Assembly: GCA_004347965.1 (NCBI GenBank)
Contig: QNVF01000001.1
Location: 43,724 to 107,723 of the forward strand
Reading direction: 5' to 3'
DNA length: 64,000 nucleotides
DNA from: Candidatus Nezhaarchaeota archaeon WYZ-LMO8
GTDB lineage: Archaea; Thermoproteota; Methanomethylicia; Nezhaarchaeales; WYZ-LMO8
This document shows, one piece after another, positions 49,664 to 58,534 of the stretch. Under the pieces are notes generated by a model, which saw nothing but the letters and a program-made list of their open reading frames with translations, was not told where the DNA came from and did no database searches. Position 1 is the first letter of the stretch, and each line of letters opens with the position of its first letter. The position numbers and the translations under genes are program-made.

Positions 49664-50171
49664 GCAACCATTAAAGGGCATTAACCGATGGATAAGCCTC
49701 ATCACTTCATCGATCGCTTAACTCGTATACAGAGTATGAGGGCATGACTGGGTAGGCAGTGCTGGCGTCTACTAATGTATTTATAGGCTTTGTCTAAAGC
49801 TTCGCTTAAACTCCTAGCAACTCAAACACCATTTTCTCCGGAACTCTAGGGTTTGAGAAAGCAACGAGCAACGTTTATGATCACCAGGCTTTGCTCCGAA
49901 GTTGGTCTTATAGCGTGTCAGAGGAAGAATGAATGAGCTCTATGATGAGCATAACCATACCTGTACTTCTTGACATATCCCTTACTTTTTGTGAACTTTC
50001 TCTCGTTCTCTCTAAAAGCCTGTAGAAAGCGAATTTTAGCGTAAAAGGATTAACAGATAACCTTTGGGCAAGCATATAGAGTAAGAACATAATCTCTCAG
50101 GATATTCAAAATTCTCTCTAAATTAATGTATGGTCGTTTAGGAAGATTTATATTTACAAAGAACATAACTA

Positions 50172-50549
50172 TTGCTGAATATCAGCGTTGAAGGTAATTG
50201 CATGAGGGCATCTGCGAAATCCAAGAAGATAAGTTATGGCTTAAGCGCGCTTTTCGTCATCATTACTTCTCTAGGCGTAGCTGCAATAGTTTATGGTGAA
50301 GGTCTCCTAGTATTCAACCCATTGAACCTAGTAGCATTTGTCATAGGCCCCTTTGGAGTCTACACCATCATCTACGCTTTAATATCACGAAGAGACCGTC
50401 TCTATTACCTTAGCTGGGGGTTGATAATGTCTATTACGGGTCTGTCCTTCGCCCTCTACGAGCTTGTGAACGTAATAGTACTGGTTGGCTTGCTTCTCAT
50501 CCTTCTTTCATCCTTAGGTTTACTTGAATATTGGAGGAGGAAGGAATGA
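50172..50549 (+). CDS. Small integral membrane protein (4 TM)
   Basis: 125-aa hydrophobic ORF. Its stop abuts the ATG of the next gene. Confidence 0.5.
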   Translation: MLNISVEGNCMRASAKSKKISYGLSALFVIITSLGVAAIVYGEGLLVFNPLNLVAFVIGPFGVYTIIYALISRRDRLYYLSWGLIMSITGLSFALYELVNVIVLVGLLLILLSSLGLLEYWRRKE

Positions 50550-51092
50550 ATGAACGAGAGGAGGAAACAGATACCAGAAAAGGTTCGTGAAGAGTTAGGG
50601 TTGTTGGAGAGAATAATTAGTTACGTCCCCGGTTACCGAGGATACAAGGAGAAAGAGCTGCGTAGAGAAAGTGATAGGCTTGTTAGGAGCGAGATTGCCA
50701 ACAAGCTTAGGGCGGCTAAAGACGCTATGAGGAGGAGCCTAGCTAACCCAATTATAATGCAGAAAATTTCTAGTGAAGACGCTTGGAGGATTAATACTCT
50801 CATGTCTCGCCTTGATAGGGTGATACAGCGTATAGATAGAGCCGCTGCTGGATACGCTGGCATGTTCGATGCAGTCAAGGTTAGGGAGAATATGCTCGAC
50901 AAGGTCATTCAACACGACTTGAGCTTGATAGAAAATGCTGAGGCAGTTAAGGCAAGCGTCGAATCCTTAGTTAAGGTGGAGCCTGGAAAAGAAGAGTGGA
51001 AGAGGCTCATGGACGATTTGATGCTTAAGATCGATGAACTGGATTCGCTAATTGATAGAAGGATTGAAATTCTTAGGGGGTTAGTTGACTAA
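50550..51092 (+). CDS. Coiled-coil protein of unknown function (possible PspA/ESCRT-III-like helical protein)
   Basis: 180 aa, almost entirely heptad-like helical and charged. Translationally coupled to the flanking genes (TGA-ATG on both sides). Confidence 0.45.
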   Translation: MNERRKQIPEKVREELGLLERIISYVPGYRGYKEKELRRESDRLVRSEIANKLRAAKDAMRRSLANPIIMQKISSEDAWRINTLMSRLDRVIQRIDRAAAGYAGMFDAVKVRENMLDKVIQHDLSLIENAEAVKASVESLVKVEPGKEEWKRLMDDLMLKIDELDSLIDRRIEILRGLVD

Positions 51093-52136
51093 ATGCCTAA
51101 AGTTATTGAATGGGTTGGTGCAAGGGAAGGCGACATAGTCTGGAGATACCCTAATGAGGAGATTGCTTGGGGAGATAACTTAATAGTTCACGAGTATGAG
51201 GCAGCCGTCTTCCTCAGGGACGGTAAAGCATACGACGTCTTTAGGGCTGGAAGGCACGTCCTGACAACAGCAAACTTACCGTTGCTCACAAAAATTTTGT
51301 CTCTTATAGCAGGATTTGACAAAGTTCCTTTCCGAGCAACGGTGATATTCGTTTCACTGAAGCAGTTCCAAGGGAGGTTCGGGGCTCAAGGCCAGACTAA
51401 AGAGCTTGCTCCTCTGAAGTTTTATGGTAGCTTCTGGTTTAGAATTGAGGATCCTAACCTCTTCGTGAACGAGGTAGTTGGCGGGCAGGAAATATATACT
51501 ACAAGTAGTCTCCAAGACTTTCTTAGAGGATACTTCAATGAGAGATTAATCGACGTATTGAGCCAGTACTCGTTAGCCGAGGTTTATGGGAAGCTTGACG
51601 AAACTAGCTTCTTGGCTAAAAACGTCCTATACGACGCCTTTAAGAGGATAGGACTAGAGCTAATCGATGTGAAGTTTGAAGGAATTGATACGACACCTGA
51701 GTGGAGAGACAGAATATTCTTCCTGAGAACAGGAGTTTCAGCAAACGAGGTTTTAAGGATGCAGACAGTTCAAAAGGCTGCTGAAAGCTTATCGAAGAGC
51801 CCTGGTGCAGCTGTGGGTGCAGGTGTAGTGATGATACCGCCATTATTCCAACCGCCACCAGCCCCAGCTACACAAGCACAACGATTTACATTATGTCCAA
51901 AATGTGGCTTCCAAAACCTGTCGACAGCAAGGTTCTGCAGCAATTGTGGTACATCTCTACAGGCAGCCACGACTACTCTAACATGCCTGAAATGCGGAAT
52001 GGCAAACCCAGCAGGAGCAAAATTCTGCATAAATTGCGGTTCACCAATACAACCATCAGTTAAATGCCCCAAGTGTGGAAGCGAAGTTCAGCTAGGAGCA
52101 AAGTTCTGCTCAAACTGTGGGGAAAAACTAACTTAA
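51093..52136 (+). CDS. SPFH/Band-7-like (Band_7_1/YdjI-type) domain protein fused to three C-terminal zinc ribbons
   Basis: N-terminal about 250 aa with an SPFH-like pattern (AAVFLRDGKAYDVFRAGRHVLTTANLP...). The C-terminus carries 3 C-x2-C-x10-11-C-x2-C repeats (CPKCGFQNLSTARFCSNCG, CLKCGMANPAGAKFCINCG, CPKCGSEVQLGAKFCSNCG). Confidence 0.6.
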   Translation: MPKVIEWVGAREGDIVWRYPNEEIAWGDNLIVHEYEAAVFLRDGKAYDVFRAGRHVLTTANLPLLTKILSLIAGFDKVPFRATVIFVSLKQFQGRFGAQGQTKELAPLKFYGSFWFRIEDPNLFVNEVVGGQEIYTTSSLQDFLRGYFNERLIDVLSQYSLAEVYGKLDETSFLAKNVLYDAFKRIGLELIDVKFEGIDTTPEWRDRIFFLRTGVSANEVLRMQTVQKAAESLSKSPGAAVGAGVVMIPPLFQPPPAPATQAQRFTLCPKCGFQNLSTARFCSNCGTSLQAATTTLTCLKCGMANPAGAKFCINCGSPIQPSVKCPKCGSEVQLGAKFCSNCGEKLT

Positions 52137-52232
52137 TATATCTAAAACATGATAACGAAGCTAACCCAGAGAATAACATGAGTGCTAGCACGATCTCACA
52201 TATTTCATCTTACAAAGTTTAGGGAAGACAGC

Positions 52233-52901
52233 CTAAATTGTTCTTCTAGCACCGCAATGAGGACATATGGTCTCTGTTTGTGGAAATAGTGTTCCACAGT
52301 ATTTGCATGGAACCATAACTACTTCACGGATAACCTCCCTCTCCTTTACAACTGGAGTGGTTACTGGCTGGGCAACTTGTATCTCAAGTGTCGGACTCAC
52401 AGCATCTGGCCTACCTTTAATTGCCACGACACCCTTAATCGTCCACGTAACCCTTCTATCTAATCCCTTCGAGGTTGGCTTCATGGTTACTGGAATTGGA
52501 ATACTGAAGGGAAAAGTGCTTGAAAAACCTTGTGAAATATGTATAGGCCCACTAAGACTTGGGTTCGCGGAGTATAGTGTGGTAGATTCCCAAACCTCCC
52601 TGAAAACCTCCCTCTTTAGGGCATGGTCATAGAACCGCTTTTGAACCTTAGCGGACTCAACACAACGTATCTCGCATCTAACGTCTTCTGCGTCAAAGTC
52701 TTCATAAGAAATTACAGTGAGCTCTCCTTTAATATCATCACCGAGATAAAAAACACTTCCACTAAGATTTAACTTTAAACTGACTTTTGGAGGTGTAACC
52801 TTCTCAGCCAGCTTCTTCAGAAACGACAATATCGATCCTCCAACATCCTCTACTGTAAAGAATTTAAACTTAAAATATTTTACGACTCGAAAAAGAGTCA
52901 A
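52233..52901 (-). CDS. Arrestin-like/Spo0M-like beta-sandwich protein with a C-terminal zinc ribbon
   Basis: N-terminal SLKLNLSGSVFYLGDDIKGELTVISYEDFDAEDVRCEIRCVE pattern resembles Spo0M/arrestin-N domains. C-terminal CKYCGTLFPQTETICPHCG ribbon. Confidence 0.45.
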   Translation of the reverse strand: MTLFRVVKYFKFKFFTVEDVGGSILSFLKKLAEKVTPPKVSLKLNLSGSVFYLGDDIKGELTVISYEDFDAEDVRCEIRCVESAKVQKRFYDHALKREVFREVWESTTLYSANPSLSGPIHISQGFSSTFPFSIPIPVTMKPTSKGLDRRVTWTIKGVVAIKGRPDAVSPTLEIQVAQPVTTPVVKEREVIREVVMVPCKYCGTLFPQTETICPHCGARRTI

Positions 52902-53017
52902 TAAACATCTCTCTTCTTAGATGCTTAATCTTCTGAGTAAACATAACGTTAACTTCATCTAAAACCATCTCTAAACTAAGTTATGGAATTTTCCCGCATA
53001 ACTTCATATGAAGGCAA

Positions 53018-53752
53018 TCATCTTGACGGTGGAGGTGAAGGTGATGGAGGTGATGGCGGAGGAGACCTTAACGATATGTAGAAGTATGTTGCTGAAGCCG
53101 TGAAGACGGCGTTCAGCAACCAGCTCACCAATGTCCCTACGTATGGTCCGACTATTGGAATCAATGAAAAACCATAGGAGAACGCCATGCCTATAACTAT
53201 CACGAGGACTATGAAGACTATGACTTCACTTAAATTTTTTGACACGAAAGTGAAGGCTCTCTTTATGCTTTCAATAACGTCGACGGTCTCAATTATGGCT
53301 ATAACAACTATGAATATAGCTATTGGAAGCAGTATCACCGTTATGCTTAGTAAAGCTGCAACTATAGCTGTAACAATTAATGTGCTAATTCTACTAACCA
53401 CGAAGTTTAAGCTCTTGCTAAGACTTATTGACTGGTTATTTAAGACGTCGTTAACCATATCTATAAGCATGCAGGCAGCTATGAAGCCCAAAATTGCAGC
53501 GATAAATGAGCCGAACATGAGTATAAGCGTATTCGGTTCTTCGATAAAGTAGTATCTTATGGGGAACAATTGAGCAAGCATGGAGAAAACCCATTGAACA
53601 ACGACTGGGGCAATGAAAGGAACTAGCAGTATCGGTCTCTTAATCGAAATATTTAAACCCTTAGAAATGGATTCTAATGATTTTGGCATGCTTCTTCTGT
53701 GATCTCCTAGCTTTATTAATTTTTTGCCATTTAAAAATAGGGCTTGGATCAA
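53018..53752 (-). CDS. Integral membrane protein with a Pro/Ser-rich C-terminal tail
   Basis: About 6 TM helices. The tail PPPSPPSPSPPPSR is encoded by GGTGRNG-type short repeats. Confidence 0.5.
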   Translation of the reverse strand: MIQALFLNGKKLIKLGDHRRSMPKSLESISKGLNISIKRPILLVPFIAPVVVQWVFSMLAQLFPIRYYFIEEPNTLILMFGSFIAAILGFIAACMLIDMVNDVLNNQSISLSKSLNFVVSRISTLIVTAIVAALLSITVILLPIAIFIVVIAIIETVDVIESIKRAFTFVSKNLSEVIVFIVLVIVIGMAFSYGFSLIPIVGPYVGTLVSWLLNAVFTASATYFYISLRSPPPSPPSPSPPPSR

Positions 53753-53930
53753 TCACATGTCCAAAAGCTCAAGGCTAATGTGTAGCTTGGTGATGAGAGT
53801 GAAAGATTGTAGGGTCTAATTAGATTATTGTGAGAAGTCGTCATAAAAGGAGCTCTTAATTTTGTGAAAAGCTTGAAGCTTGAGAAGAGGATTTTATGTA
53901 GTGATCGTAGCTAAGCCTTACTTCACGAAT

Positions 53931-54218
53931 TCACGAAGCTGATCCTCCCAGCATTAGCACTAAAGAGATCAATATTACAAGCATGACTAGAGCAGCTGTC
54001 ATTAATCCGCCATAATTCCTCCTCTTAGCCTCCTCCATAGCTATGAAGACGACGCTCGCGAGAGGTGTAAGCGCCAATACAAGCGTCGCGAAGAGCGCCG
54101 CTAAGTCCTTCAATAACCTATTCTCGAGGAGACTTAGCACGAAGCTTAAGGCGAAAGCAATTAAGCTGATCGCTAACCCTATGGTGAATAATTTCTTTAA
54201 TGCATTGTAAACCATCAA
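53931..54218 (-). CDS. Small membrane protein (3 TM)
   Basis: 95-aa hydrophobic ORF upstream of the TauE/SafE gene. No recognised family. Confidence 0.35.
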   Translation of the reverse strand: MMVYNALKKLFTIGLAISLIAFALSFVLSLLENRLLKDLAALFATLVLALTPLASVVFIAMEEAKRRNYGGLMTAALVMLVILISLVLMLGGSAS

Positions 54219-54229
54219 GCCAAATCCTC

Positions 54230-55114
54230 CTAGCCACTAAGGATTATTTGAACCCCCTTGCTCAGGGCTGTGTAGGCCAAGTAGATCAATAAGATGGCGA
54301 AGGCGAATAACAGCCTTGAGCTCCTAACCCTACCCATGATCCTTGAGCCTAGAGTGGAGCCGATCATCGTCCCTACAACCATTAACGGTAGGATCTCAAA
54401 GTTCAGTAGCCCAAAGGAGAGGTAAGCCATCACGCCTATCGAGCTTGTAAGCCCAATCATGAATGCGCTAGTGGCCATTGAGACCTTTATTGGTACCTTC
54501 ATGATCCTATTCATTATGGGAACCTTAATGGCACCTCCGCCAATACCAACAACACTTGACAAAGTGCCAGCTAATAGTACTGTAGCTAACCCCCAGTAGC
54601 TATTGGTTACTTGATACTCTATGGTTCTATGAAGGTTAAAGTCGTAGTAGTTAGAGGAGAGCTTTAAGGCTTTAGCTAAAAAGTCTTCATTACTCTGAGA
54701 TTTGCTCATGCTTACCATGTCATCCTCTGCTTGCACATTTTTCAGTTGAACTACGGCTATAGCTATCAATGTCAAGCCCAAGACTATGTGTAGCACACCT
54801 TGTGATGCAATAATCGCCAAGAAGGCCCCTAAAATAGCTCCTATAGTCGCGTTTGTCTCTAAGAATAGTGCTAAACGTAGGTTTACAAGCTTTTGTGCTA
54901 TGTAGCTTCGACTACTAGCAATACTAGTAGCTACGACGCACACAAGACTTGCTGCAACAGCTTCTTTAATTGGTATCCCTATGATTGTGGATAAAATAGG
55001 GACTATTATCGCTCCTCCACCAATACCAAACATAGCTCCTAAAAAGCCCGCAGAGAAAGTCGTTAAGAAGAGTGCTAAAGGTAATAAAGCTAAGATTAGA
55101 ATCACCTCACACAT
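54230..55114 (-). CDS. TauE/SafE (DUF81) family sulfite/anion exporter
   Basis: Two internal repeats, each with a GIGGGAIxVPIL motif. About 8 TM. Confidence 0.8.
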   Translation of the reverse strand: MCEVILILALLPLALFLTTFSAGFLGAMFGIGGGAIIVPILSTIIGIPIKEAVAASLVCVVATSIASSRSYIAQKLVNLRLALFLETNATIGAILGAFLAIIASQGVLHIVLGLTLIAIAVVQLKNVQAEDDMVSMSKSQSNEDFLAKALKLSSNYYDFNLHRTIEYQVTNSYWGLATVLLAGTLSSVVGIGGGAIKVPIMNRIMKVPIKVSMATSAFMIGLTSSIGVMAYLSFGLLNFEILPLMVVGTMIGSTLGSRIMGRVRSSRLLFAFAILLIYLAYTALSKGVQIILSG

Positions 55115-55298
55115 TAGTTGGAGGAGCTTAGCTCCTACCGATTAAGATTAAGCTTAAATTTTAAGTTTATGGCAAGCTCGACATAATTTTTTAAGCATCG
55201 CTGAGCAGCACAAAATACTTCACTGACAATCAGCGTTCAACTCAAAGTGTTAGGAAGTAAAGTTTAAACCTTAGATACTCAGACTAAGCAAGACGGTA

Positions 55299-56528
55299 AT
55301 GGTGGAGGTAAGTCTATCTAAGTGCCCTAAGAAGTACTTCGTGGGTACTCATCGAGCTCTTGAACCGGAAGATACCCTGAGGCTCATAGAGCCGAAGATC
55401 AAGACTATAGGTGTAACTCGAATCTCCGACATAACTGGATTGGATAGAGTAGGAATTCCGATATACTCGTGTGTAAGGCCGAGAGCGGCTGAAGGAGCTG
55501 TCTCTGTGTATTCAGGTAAGGGTATCACGGATACGTTAGCGAAGATCTCTGCGATTATGGAGGCAATTGAAAGGTACTCAGCTGAAGTGAGCCCTCAGGA
55601 CGAAAGTGTGATGGTAAAGGGATCGTACAGAGAACTGTCATCGAAATACTCTGTTTTAGACCCTACAACCCTAATACTCCCAAACTTATCGTCATACGAT
55701 AGATCCTCGATACTGAGGTGGATTAGGGGGCATGACCTAGTTCAAAGAGAAGATGTTTTAGTGCCAGTTAGCGCAGTCTTTCATCCTTATAGCCCTAAAG
55801 ATGATCTACACTTATTTAGAACCAGCACAAACGGTCTTGCATCGGGCAATACTATTGAAGAGGCAGTGCTTCACGGATTGATGGAGGTAATAGAGAGAGA
55901 TGCGTGGAGCATAGCTGAGCTGTCTAGAAATGGTGGCAAGATAATTGAGACCCCGATGAAGTACAAGCTGGTTCGAGAGTTAATGGAGAAGTTTGAGAAA
56001 GCATCAATCGAAGTATACCTACGAGATATAACGTCAGATATAGGGATACCGACCATTGCTGCTGTCTCAGATGATACTCTATTAAGGGATCCAGCCCTCC
56101 TAACAATAGGGTTCGGCACCCACTTAGACCCAGAGATAGCAGCTATAAGAGCACTACTTGAAGTTGCTCAAAGCAGGCTTGTTCAAATTCAAGGAGCAAG
56201 AGAGGATACTCATAGAGCTAGCCTAATGAGAATGATGGGTTACGATAGAATAAAGCGTATCAATAAACATTGGTTCTCCAAGTCTGATGAGATCGTGAAG
56301 TTGAGTGAATTACCCTACTTAGCTAAGGACGACATACTCGATGAAATATTGTTCGTTATAGATGTCTTGAGGAGAAGGGGCTTTGATAGGGTTGTAGTGG
56401 TTAATTTAACAAGACCTGAGGTTTCAATTCCGACGGTTAAGGTTGTGGTTCCAGGACTTGAAGTCTATGCTATAGATCAAGATAGGGTAGGTCCGAGGGG
56501 TAGAGCATGCTTGAGAAGCAGAAGATAG
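55299..56528 (+). CDS. ycaO: YcaO-domain protein (ATP-dependent peptide backbone-modifying enzyme; TfuA-associated type)
   Basis: YcaO ATP-binding region pattern and ~400 aa length. Immediately followed by tfuA with a 22-nt overlap. Confidence 0.8.
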   Translation: MVEVSLSKCPKKYFVGTHRALEPEDTLRLIEPKIKTIGVTRISDITGLDRVGIPIYSCVRPRAAEGAVSVYSGKGITDTLAKISAIMEAIERYSAEVSPQDESVMVKGSYRELSSKYSVLDPTTLILPNLSSYDRSSILRWIRGHDLVQREDVLVPVSAVFHPYSPKDDLHLFRTSTNGLASGNTIEEAVLHGLMEVIERDAWSIAELSRNGGKIIETPMKYKLVRELMEKFEKASIEVYLRDITSDIGIPTIAAVSDDTLLRDPALLTIGFGTHLDPEIAAIRALLEVAQSRLVQIQGAREDTHRASLMRMMGYDRIKRINKHWFSKSDEIVKLSELPYLAKDDILDEILFVIDVLRRRGFDRVVVVNLTRPEVSIPTVKVVVPGLEVYAIDQDRVGPRGRACLRSRR

Positions 56529-57190
56529 TGGTTTTTACGGGGCCTAGCTTAAGACATAAAGAAGCACGCATTATATTTGAGCATGCAATCTACATGCCTC
56601 CAATAAAGCGTGGAGATGCAACAAAAGCTTTTGAGAGCGGGGCCAAGATCATAGGCGTAATAGACGGAGTCTTTTTTCAAGACGTTGCCGTCTCACCCAA
56701 AGAACTGCTAAACCTCCTTGATAGGGGAGCGATAATAGTTGGAGGTGGAAGCATTGGAGCTCTTAGAGCCGCTGAATTAGACGAGTTTGGCATGATAGGT
56801 GTGGGTGAGGTATACCGTATGTACAAAAGGGGGGAAGTATTCTCTGATGACGAGGTCGCGTTAATATTTGACCCATACACCTTTGAGCCTCTATCGGAGC
56901 CATTGATCAACATACGCTACAACGTGAAGAGACTTGCAAATGATGGCCTCATAGATTACGTGATAGCAGAGAAGCTAATTCAAATAGCTAAAAGCCTCCA
57001 TTACTCTGAAAGAAGTTACGAGAAGGTTTTAGCAGAAGCTCTGAGACAAGGTATTTTGAGCCTCATGGAACATGATCGCCTAGTTCGCCTAATCCTAGAG
57101 CGAAGAATCGACTTAAAGAGACTTGACGCTATAGAAGTGCTAAAGAAAATAGCAGAACTAGCGTATGTTCACATAAAATCTCCACCTTAA
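56507..57190 (+). CDS. tfuA: TfuA-like protein
   Basis: N-terminal VVFTGPSL motif typical of TfuA. About 225 aa. Overlaps the ycaO stop. Confidence 0.75.
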   Translation: MLEKQKIVVFTGPSLRHKEARIIFEHAIYMPPIKRGDATKAFESGAKIIGVIDGVFFQDVAVSPKELLNLLDRGAIIVGGGSIGALRAAELDEFGMIGVGEVYRMYKRGEVFSDDEVALIFDPYTFEPLSEPLINIRYNVKRLANDGLIDYVIAEKLIQIAKSLHYSERSYEKVLAEALRQGILSLMEHDRLVRLILERRIDLKRLDAIEVLKKIAELAYVHIKSPP

Positions 57191-57309
57191 CGTGCATCTT
57201 CCCGATAACGTTAATGAACAAGACGCATTAATTCACGTCTTGCAGCACCTTATCGTAACCTTAAATTTTAGGTGTCTACGTATCCTCTTTGCACCTACAG
57301 GTTCTTTAA

Positions 57310-57642
57310 GTGAAGCTCATGAGTCTTAATGAAACTGTTAGGGAGAGGATTATCAAGGTCTTAAGAGATAGCTTAGAGCCACTAACTGTAGAAGATATAG
57401 TTGCAATACTAGGCTTAACTGATCTCAAACCAAGAGATATGTATGAACACTTAAAACACATAGCCAAGAGCGTGCGAGCTAAAGGGCATGAGGTCTTAGT
57501 GATGATTCCACCGTCATGTCGATCATGCGGCTTTACGTTCACTAACCTCGATAAGCCTAAGAAGCCGAGCAAATGCCCTAAGTGCAAGAGTGAGAGAATA
57601 GCTCCTCCAGCATTCAAGATAATTTCAAGAGATCAAGTTTAA
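57310..57642 (+). CDS. Winged-helix DNA-binding protein with a C-terminal C4 zinc ribbon (putative transcriptional regulator)
   Basis: N-terminal wHTH-like segment (LTVEDIVAILGLTDLKPRDMYEHLKHIAKS) and C-terminal CRSCG ... CPKC ribbon. Confidence 0.55.
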   Translation: MKLMSLNETVRERIIKVLRDSLEPLTVEDIVAILGLTDLKPRDMYEHLKHIAKSVRAKGHEVLVMIPPSCRSCGFTFTNLDKPKKPSKCPKCKSERIAPPAFKIISRDQV

Positions 57643-58284
57643 TAGCTCTAGGAGCTCTATTAGATTCTTTACATGAGGGTAAGTCGTGGTGCCATCCCTC
57701 CTCACTAAAACAGCATTCATTCCTACTCTAACCGGATTCTCATAATCCCTTTCGTAATCATCCCCTACATGGAGCACCTTCTTCGAATGAACCCCCAATC
57801 TTTCCACAACAAATCTATAGAACTCCGGAGTCTTGCTTGTGAGACCTAGATCAGATACGCAAGAGAAGATAGCTTTGAACCCTTGAAAGCCTACGACTTC
57901 TAAAGCGACATCTATAAATTCTCTGCTTAAGTTACTTGAAATCACTAGATCGTACTTGGTTGATAATCTCCTTAAAGCTTCCCTGACATCGTTATAAACC
58001 TCAACTTCGCTTCGAATTAGCTTAAGTGCTTCACTAACCTCAATCTTCAAATCAAAGAGCTTAAACCAGTAGCTCGGGATGTACCACCTTATGTCGTTTC
58101 TACTAATTCTGTCATAGCTTAAGTAGACAATTCTCTTAGCCTCGTCAACACTTATGTCATGTCTCTCTGCAAAGAGCTTCGGTATAAGCTCAAGCCAAAA
58201 AGAGTCTACAAACTTTTCACTAACAAGAGTTCCTGTAACGTCAAGCGAAATGACTTTGATGTCTTTAACTCTCAGCATTACCAT
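57625..58284 (-). CDS. HAD-superfamily hydrolase
   Basis: Motif I DVTGTL near the N-terminus and HVGDDYERD motif IV. About 220 aa. Confidence 0.7.
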   Translation of the reverse strand: MVMLRVKDIKVISLDVTGTLVSEKFVDSFWLELIPKLFAERHDISVDEAKRIVYLSYDRISRNDIRWYIPSYWFKLFDLKIEVSEALKLIRSEVEVYNDVREALRRLSTKYDLVISSNLSREFIDVALEVVGFQGFKAIFSCVSDLGLTSKTPEFYRFVVERLGVHSKKVLHVGDDYERDYENPVRVGMNAVLVRRDGTTTYPHVKNLIELLELLNLIS

Positions 58285-58534
58285 AGAAGTATAGCGTAAG
58301 AGAAAAAGGCGTTTTCCTAACTAGCGCTCTCAAAAAAGCGAAAGGTGAAAGTATGATAGCTTAAATTAAACATTCATTCAATAAATACCAATATCTATTG
58401 AACATTCATTCTTAAAGAGTAATTTTTAACCTGAAATTAGTTTAAAGAGATTGAGAGAATTCTCTCCAAATGTTTGGATCGACAAAGCTTATAAGACCAT
58501 TCTCTACGAGAGTAAGAGTGTTTGGTGAAAGATC

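Noticed and set aside
53025-53062. Short GGTGRNG tandem repeats
   Set aside because: They simply encode the Pro/Ser-rich C-terminal tail of the 53018-53752 membrane protein (reverse strand), not an independent repeat element.
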